Shown here piece by piece: positions 52,502-64,000 of a stretch of DNA of 64,000 bases (within the stretch, counting starts at the first letter, position 1; the number at the start of each line of letters is the position of its first letter). The translations under genes and the position numbers were made by a program. The stretch comes from Podarcis tiliguerta (Eukaryota). Below the pieces are notes generated by a model. It was not told the DNA's origin, searched no databases, and saw nothing but the letters and a program-made list of their open reading frames with translations. The DNA is taken from NCBI GenBank assembly GCA_965153285.1, contig OZ229110.1; one strand, given 5' to 3'.

Positions 52502-53083
52502 CTGCAAAGGAAGAGATGATAAAATGTTTGAACAAGACATCCTGCATTTTAAAATATGAAGATCTGAAATCAGATGCTGAACTATTGGCATTGCAGAGTG
52601 GTCCAGTGCAGGTTATGACAATGTAAGAGTTGGTATCCCAATCTTTAAATCTCTTACCCAGATCTCAACAAGAACATAATTGAGACAGCTTTTGCAAGAG
52701 AAGCACCATGCTACTAGTGCTCAAATCATTATTGCCCAATGGCAAATAGGCTTTCTGAAACTAGGTAATTCATTTCTTGGCAAGAGCCAATAAGGCAATG
52801 ATCCCCACTGAGAGGGAAGGCAGGTCTGTCATACTTGCCAGATGGCAGCAGTACACTTGTCATGGCAACCTAAATTATGGAACCTGGCAATGTACTAGTA
52901 ATGTCCTTCAGGCAAGCAAGAGGCATTATCAGAATTCAAGGACACACTCCAGCCACATAAGTACATGAATGGATGGTGTGAAGAAGGGCTGGTGAGGGAC
53001 ATGGCTATGGAAGTGGTATAGCCCAAACAGAGTCCTGAGAGCCAATACCTTATGCTTACTTGGCATACATATTATACAATTCA

Positions 53084-53251
<168 letters not shown>

Positions 53252-53691
53252 TCAGCCTAACAGTGCAATCTAAGCTTAGCAATTGGGGCAAGCAGCCTAC
53301 AAAAAGAAACACGATTTAGCACTTAACAGATGTGTGTGATTTACCCACTCCCAAACAGCTGGGAAGGCTTGAGCTTTTAGCTTTGCATATAGGCCAGGCA
53401 CTATGGCTTACAACCATGCATTTGTTAACGTGAGCTACCTTCATAAGTCATGGTCTGAAGCTAGCTCATTTAGCAATGAAACATTGTTATAAACCAGGTT
53501 CCCCAATTCATATGCAATGTGAAACTATTATTTTTAAAAAAACAAAACAAAAGCTAAACTCAGCAACAGTTCTCCTAACTGCATAGCTGGGAGAAGGGAG
53601 GGAGAAAGTGTAAGCCAGATGCTTTGCGTGAATCACACCTTAGCATTACATGTGAACCAAACAAATATGTTTTTCCCATGTTATACATATA

Positions 53692-53862
53692 CAGTCGTAC
53701 CTTGGATCCCAAAAACCCTGGAACTCTGACATTTTGGCTCCTGAATGCTGCAAACCTGAAAGTGAATGTTCTTTTGGAACCCAAACGTCCGACGGGGCTT
53801 CCACGGCTTCTGATTGGCTGCAGGAGCTTCCTGCAGCCAATCAGAAGCCACAATTACGACTG
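53692..53862. mobile_element. Tigger/pogo-like MITE with an internal hairpin
   Basis: TA TSDs; TIRs cagtcgta / tacgactg; 21-bp perfect inverted repeat at 53805-53849. Confidence 0.8.
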
Positions 53863-54725
53863 TAGTGACTTTATGGGATAGATATGTACGTACTACTTTT
53901 CAATAAGCACCCACTTTTCTTTAACATGTGGTGGTCCCTCACTGCTGTCCCACTTGTGCAACAGACTGCAGCTTGCTCAATGAAATTTCCCTCTCCTCTC
54001 CTATGCACCCTCAAAATACACTCGACTCAATTATGAGAATTTAAAATACAGGATGCCATATCAGAACCAAGTATTGAAAAATTTAATCAATGTGCTCCAG
54101 GGAGCTGGATACAACCCTATGTGAGCAAATTACTGATGTGTTTTGAATTAGCTTTGCAAGTATTGTGGCAGAGTCATTTCCACTCATTTCCATCCCTTCC
54201 TTCATAGACAAAATCATCAAAGGGAAAAATAGAAGAAGAAAAGTGTCTACCTTACTAACTTGTGGATCACTTAGTAAGAACATGTTTTACATATGCATAC
54301 TGTTATAAGTCATAGTGTATGGATGAGAATACAGGCTTTCATAGTGTACTTTTGGGGATCTCCAAAGAAAACTTTGTTGGATTTGCTGGGTATGGGTTAC
54401 CTTTGTTTCTAGTATATATGTGCAATAATTCTAAAAATAATATGAATAAAACATGAAAAAGGTAAGCAAAGAAGTGTCCACCTTTCAAACATGGTGGTGG
54501 AATCCTACCATCTTGGAATGTTAGTCAATAGGACCTATTGCTGAGTGAACTGCTTTGAAAGTTCAATATCACAAGCTGAAAAGTTTTAAAATATTATAAT
54601 AGTTAAGTACTGTACTCTTGCTGTATTGCTACTCTTGAGTATAGTATTTACCAGATGTGATTTCTATGTTATTTGGTATTATTTGAAGCTGACAAACTTG
54701 GCTAGAAACTGCAGTGTATTGTCTA

Positions 54726-54938
<213 letters not shown>

Positions 54939-56233
54939 TTATTTTCAAATTAAATAATTTACAATGTATTTATATTGCTCATTGTATCAGATTTCAGGAT
55001 GATTTACAGTGTATCACAACCGCAAAAATATAGTTCAACATGCAATGAAAAAGTAACATTGAATAGGAATGGAAGAAGATTAATTCAATTGTTTCCAAAC
55101 ATTCTGTTAACAGGACACACAAACAGGATTTTATTTTTGTTCAGAACTTGCCTGATCCTTGACCAGGAGGTGGGGGGTGGGGGTGGAGAGAAACCACTCC
55201 AAACTCTTTCCATGCTCCCACCCCATATCTGCCATTGACGGCAAGCTTGTAACCAACTGCAAGGTTCAAGACACTAACTGGTGGACTCAAGCCACCTTTT
55301 GGGAACTACTATATCATGCTGTTTATATATGTGCTTAAATATGTGTAATTTAAATTGACATTGGCCTTGTTTACAACACATACAAATAAATGGAATTTAA
55401 CTGCTGATCTGTCATCAGGCAGTGTTCTCAGGAAAAACGAGTAGTCTATTAATCTTTCTAGCAATAGGGATACACAAATGGTTGGTATATGCTGTTTTAT
55501 GTGAGCCATTTTCAAATGGGAGGTGAAGGGCCAGATCTCTCCTCTTCTACATTCCAAAGCAAGTGGCCTGTCTGAGGCCAGGTCTATCTTCCTCTTAGCT
55601 ATTTCAGATAACTAACATTTAAGTAGAGTGGGAGTGAGCAACAGGAGGAGGAACTTTCATTCTGCTTTCATTCAATTCTCTGTCTCCTTTCAAGAAATCT
55701 CCAAATGGAAATTCTCCCCATGTACTCCTCTGTGCCACCAATTCCCTTCCCCTCTAAGTCTTTCCAAGTCACTTCCAATCTGGGAAATACAAGAGGAAGA
55801 AGTGATCACTATAAATAAAATACTTTTGCAACCCATCAACTAATCTCTTCTGCCCCTTAGAGGGGAAGTAAAGAGAGTGTAGCGTGGAGAGAAACAAAGA
55901 CCATTCATGTGAATCAGATGTAACCATTAATTTAGGTTAGGCATATAATTTATAAAGTTCACACAATGGGGAATCCTAGGTTACCTTGGAGAAGCAGAGG
56001 TTCCATAAGGACAGATCATTACAGTTTAAATATAAAATCAATTAATATCATTTAACATCCCACAGGACAAAGATGCAAGGCTGAAAACACCAACTTTTTA
56101 TGGCTTAAAAGTATAAAATGAAGGAGAAAACATATGGAAGTCGATATGTGAATTGAAGAGAAAAGTCAGAAAAAACTGCATAGATGCCAGGGATGCTACA
56201 TATGTGTATATAAGCTCAGTTTTGAATATATTA

Positions 56234-56332
<99 letters not shown>

Positions 56333-57611
56333 CTACAAAAAGATATATACTGACAATAATTTATTTGAACTTTTGCAAATCATTGTTAAATGGCACCAAC
56401 AAACTATGTCAATACTATGTGTCAAAATGGCTTGTACACATCCTTATGTCCAATACTTAACATATACTGAGAAACAGCTAGTTAGTACCGACGTGTGTAA
56501 GCTACAGTCCTGATTACAGATTTGAGCATAATGAGAGAGGGGGCATGAGCCCAAGGGTTACTTCTATACTCCCATGCAGATAACATACACACCAGGACTC
56601 AATTGTGGTGTTTAATACTTCCAAGATCAGAATATATGAAAAAAGAGGGCTCAAGAAGTATGAGTGGTTATACATCATGGTAGCTTGTTTGGAGAAAACA
56701 AACCACAGGCCTGGGTTCAGGCAACATGACAAGTGAGACTCTGGCTTGTTTCATTTATGGTTCAGCAGGAGTGCTCTGGAAACTGCTGAGCAGCATGCAC
56801 TATTGCTTGTTTTAAACTATGGTTTAACATATGTGGACAGGATCATTGAATTGTCAAAAGCCCAAGAGAACAGGACAAACTTAGCCCAGTGCCTGAAAGT
56901 TTCCAAAAATGTGCTAAGCTAACATGCCTTTAGAAGTTCCAAAGCTTAGGTGGAACCAGAGAAAAGACCCTCTCGTTGATGACCTATTTGTCTAATCTAT
57001 GAAGGCAGGTATACTGGAAAAGGGCCTTCAGAGAATATTTTAATTAATGGGTATGTTCATGCCAAAGAAGGCAGACCTTCAAGCACTCCAGTTCCAGGCT
57101 CTTCAAGACTCTAAAGAACAAGCCCAGCTTCTTGAATTGAGCCTGGAAAAAATGGCACTGTGACTTAAAAAAAAACCAGCCCTTGTGACCTTAAAAGAAA
57201 AGTCCAAGTTACTTGAAGAACGGCCTGCATCCATATCAGCCTGCTTGCACAATGCAGGCTGTTTTTACCTGCCCAACTGTGAGAGCAGTTAAGACTGGCC
57301 ACCACTAGGCAGCAGATTTGAGAATACCGTATCATCTGGATTCCAGCAGGCCTTGTTGCGACAGGTCTATTGGAAAGCTCTGAAGCACACCTGTTTCCCT
57401 TGGTCTTCCCTTCAACTGCTCTTGTTGAGGTACTGATGGTTTTATTTCTATTTTATTCTATTTTTTTTATTAAATGGGCTCTTTTCTCACTTACTTTATT
57501 TTATTAACTGTGTTTTGTTGTATGCTTTCATCTTGTAAGTCACCCTGAGAGAACTTTTACCCTTAAAAGGCTAAAAATATTTTTAGATTAAGAAACCCTC
57601 AATAAACATAC

Positions 57612-57774
57612 CAGAAAAGCTGCAGAAATGCCCACATCCTGCTTATTAGATGCAGTAGAACTGTCCACAGAATTCATGCTTAAACGGTTGGCCCAGAACT
57701 CCTCAGCACTGATCACCTGACTCACAACAAGGTCTTTATAAAGTTGAAACAAAACAGGATCTTCTTGCAGCATT
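57612..57774 (-). CDS. GTF2H1: GTF2H1 coding exon 3 (first BSD domain)
   Basis: [54 protein letters not shown]; 163 nt. Confidence 0.97.
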
Positions 57775-59197
57775 CTGGCAAGAGAAGATTAAAAATTGTT
57801 CAAAGTGTTTAATTCCAAAGATAACTTACTGGATTCTAGAAACTAGTGTTTATGTGCAAGCTACATACAAGCAAATGGCAGCTATGGTGTTTTAATACTC
57901 AAATTCTGATTTACAAAAGTGGTAAGTTCATGAAACAGGAAAATTACTATACATACAATTAATTTTTTTAAATCAAGGTATGTCAATTTGAAACCAACCT
58001 TATTGTATGAAATAATTATATAAAATATTATCTAATAGAACAGGAAGTGAAGCAGTTTTTTTGTGATCCTACTGTCTCATGCAGTGTCCTGCACCCCTCT
58101 TCCAAATTCGTGACAGAGGACTGGAAGACCCAACAGGACAGACTGGGGAGGTGTGGATCACTGAAAACTGATTCCTTATCTGTTTTACTAAAGTTTCCTT
58201 TCATCATCAGATTACCACCCCATCATTTTTTTCAATTGTAATTGCACTTTTAGAAACATTAAACAACATGTTTTTTCTTTTTAGAGGTAAGCCCTACGTA
58301 TGAAAAAAGTATCAAAAATGTTAAGTTACTTTTACAAATAAAGTATGTTTATGCTACACAGGAAACCTAAATGTGCAGAGCAATCCTCACATGTGCTCAG
58401 GAGCATGTGTGTGTTCAATGGGGCTTCCTCTTTAGTAAGCTTGCTTAGGATTCTTAGGATTGAAGCCTTAGATTCTGGAGAACTGAAAGTTCTGAAAGGA
58501 CACACACAATCTTTTTCAAAAGTATTGTTTTCCCCATCTTAACCAGCTACTTCTTATAGGATTACTGCAAAGTTCTGTGTATGTTTACATACACAGCTGC
58601 TTTTTACCACTTGGGATTGTGGAGCTTCCATTTTTGGGGAGAACAAGTTAGAGCAGTTAAAGTGATTCAAGACTTCCATCTGCACCATGGGACTTCTTTC
58701 CCCTCTCCTTGTGAGCCCCTCTCAATCGGCTCGGGAGAGTTGGGGAGCCCCCAGTAGAGATTTAGGAGTGGGTAAGAGAGGAGGTCCTGCTGTGCAGACA
58801 GAAGATCTTGTTCTAATTGGGAACGTTTCAATGGAAGCAATTCCATGACATCTAATACTTTATTAAATCAATAAAACGTAGCCCAATGAAGGCTACTGCA
58901 ATTCATTTTATGCCAGTTTCAGCATACATACCCTTAATACAGAATTTAGTACTTACTAATATGGAAACAGCTCAACAACTATGAAGAAAAGCTTCACTTC
59001 TGACAAGTTAGAGGAGTATGCCTCACTCCACTCACACAACATCTATGCGCCTGGAAATCAAGCCAGGCTACTGTTACAGTTAGGGACAGGAGCTCCCAAT
59101 ACCTTAGCCATAATGGATCTGACACAATTACAAGACAGTTTAACAAATTACCAAAATTGGTTTACACTGTAAGTAAAAGACACAGGGACATGCTTTA

Positions 59198-59539
<342 letters not shown>

Positions 59540-59660
59540 TTACAGCAACCATTCACATAAACAGCAATGAGGCCTGACTGACACTCAATGGACAGATGTG
59601 TCTCACTGCACTGTTATCCTAATCCCTTTAGAGGACAGGCCTGGGGCACATGCTCTAATC

Positions 59661-60123
59661 CAGAGGTTTTCAACCTTTTTGAGTCCACGGCTCCCTTAAC
59701 CAACTACAGTCTTTCTGTGGCACCCCTGTGGGGCTCAGGAGCCCAGTTATATCACCCCTTTCGCAGAGCTGGCAGCCTCTCACCCTTTTTCAAACACCCT
59801 CCCTTGTGGAGTGTTCCCTCAGCCTCCTTTCCCCTCTCCTTGGGAGTGCTCCGGTAAGTTGCCGTCCCTGGTCTCTGAGCTCCCGCCCCCCCCCGCCCCG
59901 CTGCTCCAGAGAGGTGTCTCCCAGAGGCACCACTCGCCTCCAGAGCTTACAGCCAGGGCTGCTGCAACAAACAGCTGTGCAAGCCTTTGGGAGGCAGAGA
60001 CACAAGAGGGCATCAAAGGAGGGAGGGAAGGAAAAAGGGACAGAGGCCAGTGTTGCCTGCAACACGCCTAACCATCATTCAAGGCACCCCAGGGTGCCAT
60101 GGCACACTGGTTGAAAACCACTG
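59661..60123. mobile_element. Non-autonomous hAT DNA transposon
   Basis: TIRs cagaggttttcaacc / ggttgaaaaccactg; TSD ctctaatc / ctcaaatc. Confidence 0.85.
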
Positions 60124-60560
60124 CTCAAATCCTTCCTATGTATAAGCCACGAACTCTTCCTAATAAATAACAACATCTCCCCATATTTATGTTATTCCAC
60201 CTATCACTGGGAAGACCCACAGGTTTTCTCCCAATAAAGACAATTCATTTCTGAAAGCAAAAAAATCGCAAACAGTAAGGAGCAGTTATGTAAGACAGTA
60301 ACGCTAGCAGCAAAAGTTGGCAGGTTCCAAGAAAATAATATCTCCACATAAGGTTGCTGTGGAGAAACAGCTAGAATTCTGCAAGTCTTATTTTTTCAAA
60401 ACTAAAACAATGCAATATCCAATGAGCGTGATGACTCAAACATGTTTAGGGAGGTTTGTTTATTTAGCCCCCATCCTGAACTCTTCAAACAGAACAGCTA
60501 AGCATTTAACATTTATATTCAACCAAACGTTACATGATGAAACAAGTGTTAGGCATTTCA

Positions 60561-60755
<195 letters not shown>

Positions 60756-60818
60756 TTATTTCAGCATTATTTGTTTTTCATAGTTTCACACTTGCTTTAA
60801 CAATTTAGAAGCTCCCAC

Positions 60819-61098
60819 CAGCGGTGTAGCTAGCAGCTCCTGCACCCGGGACTAGCCACCCGTGGGGGTGGGGCGAGCCAGGGCAGGGTGCGCTGCACAG
60901 AGCCTCCAAGGAGTCCACCCGCCATCTTCCCCTCAGCTGTAAGACGGCTGCCGTTTTGGGCAGCACAGAGCCTGCAGGTGCCTCAGCCGCCACGTCACTC
61001 CTAGGAGAGATGCGTGGCTCAGGCCTCACACTAAGTGCTGCCCCCATGGTGTGGTGCCCAGTGTGCCCTGCCCCCCCCCCCCCCCCGCAACGCCTCTG
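60819..61098. mobile_element. GC-rich non-autonomous hAT-like element
   Basis: Imperfect TIRs cagcggtgtagc / gcaacgcctctg; TSD gctcccac / gcttgcac. Confidence 0.65.
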
Positions 61099-61179
61099 GC
61101 TTGCACTGGAAATAGGAGATTCATTGCTGGTTGCTGTTAATGCACTTAACTGGCTTGCAGCCATTCATCAAGCAATATA

Positions 61180-61302
61180 CTGTACTTTTCCGTGTATAAG
61201 ACTAGGGGTTTTTTTTACTTTAAAATAAGGTTATAAATCATACCCATTTTCTAAATTTGGGTCCCCAAAAGTAGGGGGCATCTTATACACAAAAAAATAC
61301 GG
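61180..61302. mobile_element. Tc1/mariner-superfamily (pogo/Tc2-like) MITE
   Basis: TA TSDs; TIRs ctgtacttttccgtgtataaga / tcttatacacaaaaaaatacgg. Confidence 0.75.
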
Positions 61303-64000
61303 TAAGTCTTCTGACACCAGCATCTTCCACCTCCCTTTGTTTTGTTTCCCCTGCCAGAAGGCAAAACAATACAAGCCCAAGCTCTCTCCAGTATGAATTA
61401 TATTTGAAAAATGTAAGGAACAGGCTATCACATAGATATAGGTTGTAAGGTGGTCAAAGAGTTTACATTTGATTGTTATTTGTGCATTTTGTTTTCTGAA
61501 TCATGAAAAATGAAAGATAACCTTCTATTCTCCAGACTGAAAGTGGAGCAGACAGATTTAAGATTTTGGATGCAAAAAAACCAGATTGCATTTGATGATG
61601 TCTGAATGGAATTCTACTCGCACAATAGGACTTTCCTTCCCTTTTCCCCCTCTGCTGCCTACCAAATAAGGCTCCTCCAATCATCAAGAGAAGATTTTAA
61701 GTGTATGCATGCATTGCTAGTGGAAAGAACAGTAAAAACATGAAATATTAATGTTGATGGTGAAATTCAACATTATGCTATTACAATTATTTCATTTCCG
61801 TTTGCCAGATGGAGCAATCTTCCCTCTCCTCCCCTGCACACTGTTCTGGGGGCTCTCTCAACCCCCTAGAGCCAATCTGAGTGGGTGCATGGAGAGAAGA
61901 GAGAAGTCCCTTTGCACTTGGAAGGCTCCTGTGGGCTTCTGTTAGTGCAACTGTTTACTGAATCTGGCCCAAAATGTATGGAAATACAGCTATGACCAAT
62001 AGTCCAAAGACATAATTCTGTCTGATCTGAAAATGAGGGGAATCTAGTAAAGTCCAATGTCAATTGATGTCCCTAAGCCTTTATATTGTCCAACAGATTA
62101 TGAAACTTGCCAAAAAGTGCTGGGAGAGTGCCATCTAATAACCTTTTAAAATGCACTCTTCCTTGCTGAATGATCATTTAAAAATTTGACTGTTTCAGTT
62201 GGTGGTTCCATTTGCTGAATAAGCCCTATCTATCCCAAACCACTTTGCAATGTATACTGTAAAATATACTGTATAATATATGAAAGTGGAATGCTCTTTC
62301 CCTTCCTCCTCCCTGCAAACCCATAAATTCTCTGCGGCGGGTCCAGGGTCCTTGCATAGACTTCCTTGAGGAGACCTGCAGGGAGGATGCAATTATTTGA
62401 AAATTGATTCTAACTCAATTTCACTGGGTTCTGCATATTCCAGATACTAGTCTTCAAAAAAAGAGATAGGGACTAGTAATTCTTCCACCCCTCAAATAAA
62501 AGCATCAAGCTTTAACTGATTAGCTAGCAAGTGCTGCAGATTAAAATCTGCCCTGAATGGGGCTGAATAGGTTACAATAAACACAAGTCTTAGTGTGGCA
62601 ACCACATGTCAAGTTGCCCTCTCCAACTGCCTGGTGTAATCACACCTTGCATTTCCCCATGCCTCCTTCACACTGTTGATTGCTTCTGGTGGGATGTGGG
62701 CAGGGAAATAAACAATGTGAAGATATGGAAACACAGCTATGTTTTACTACACACTATAGAGAAGCGGCAACACGTAATTAAGAAGTGGCAAATTTGAGAG
62801 GGTTGTTGGTTTTAAAGATATTTCAGAAATCTTAAAAGAGGCTCATAGGTGTAGGCAGTTCCTGAAATAACCAACAATTAAACTTTCTTTGTTACCTTTA
62901 CTTATTTTTAAATGTTCTTAATTGTTTTTAACAGTTTTTTACTGATAATTTTAATATTTCTTGTAAGCCACTTAGAGGTTTTACTACAATCAAGTCGTAT
63001 ATAAATTTTGTTTAAAAAAACACACAAAAAAAAACTCGGTCCCAGCAAGTCATTTGGTTAAAGCTAGAACCAGCACTTTAAACTGAACCCAGAAGCAAAT
63101 AGGCAGCCTCTTCAGTTAACATAAGATCATAGTAATATGCTCCAATCTCTGGGCTCCACTTAATGAGTATTGCATATATTCATAATGCAATTTTCAGCCA
63201 AACACTTCACAAGCAAATGCTGTTAGAACTATGATAGAACACCAGAGAAGACTAATTCTTCCTAAATTAAATGAACACCAATAGCACAAAAAGCAAATAC
63301 TACTTTTAATAACTAGCCTAGCTTATATTTCAATAAAAGGTTTCTGAAGGTTGGTTTGGCCAAGTTCAATATATTACATGGATATCCTTTTTGTGCCGGA
63401 CTTGTATGGCTTTTTATACTGCCCTAGGAAAAAGGTCAGTCAGTTTAAGGTTTAATGCTTGAACAGGAAATACTTCCAACTTTAGAACTGCTCTATTAAT
63501 CCATACAACATTAGCATATTACTTAATATACTCATATTATGGCTGCTTAGAACAGCTGGCAATAGCCAATGAAGTAGTTCTGTTAGTGCAAGGATTTCTG
63601 TTTCTGCAGTGGAACTCCCCCCCCCCCCCCCGATTATTCAAGGTCTAAAGTGGGCTTGAATTCTTCTGTTTGCTTTGGATGCAACACCAGAATATGAATT
63701 TCTGAAGTAGGGAAGGTGGGGTAATCGCTGTGTGAAAGAGGATGCAGAACACATGAGCCAGTCTTATTTTCAATCTTCTAAGCTATGGTTTTGAAAGACA
63801 AAACATTATACTTCAACTAACCAAACGTAAGAAACTGAATGCATCTCATTTATATTGCCACACGATGAACATGTCTATGCTGCTGTGTATATAGACTCCA
63901 ATCACAGACCCAACGAAATATACGCAGTGTCATTGTTTTGCCTGTGGTAAAATTATTTTTAGATGATGTAAACTGGATAGAGATGTAAACAGAAGTCCTA

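Overview
Vertebrate genomic DNA, probably a squamate (lacertid-like, inferred from a Sauria SINE and MITE families). It contains three spliced genes whose exons can be read directly with canonical GT-AG sites: the 3' part of TSG101 (+, exons 4-10, 2..18248), a complete LDHA (-, 332 aa, CDS 19690..28510, CpG-island promoter near 33.6 kb) and all 14 coding exons of GTF2H1/TFIIH p62 (-, 548 aa, CDS 45914..60719). TSG101 and LDHA are tail-to-tail with no LDHC or LDHAL6A between them. Introns carry many hAT and Tc1/mariner-type MITEs, SINEs and LINE tails. The main finding is in TSG101 intron 7: an uninterrupted 192-codon SGNH-hydrolase-like ORF of Ngaro/DIRS retrotransposon type (7562..8139), on the TSG101 strand. 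It has a branch point, a pyrimidine tract and a NAGNAG acceptor exactly in phase with exon 7, and its own AATAAA signals downstream. The adjacent tyrosine-recombinase region appears decayed, while the SGNH ORF is open but lacks its catalytic His. This suggests a domesticated alternative last exon that would give a UEV-proline-rich-SGNH chimeric TSG101 isoform lacking the ESCRT-I assembly region. Expression and function are untested inferences.
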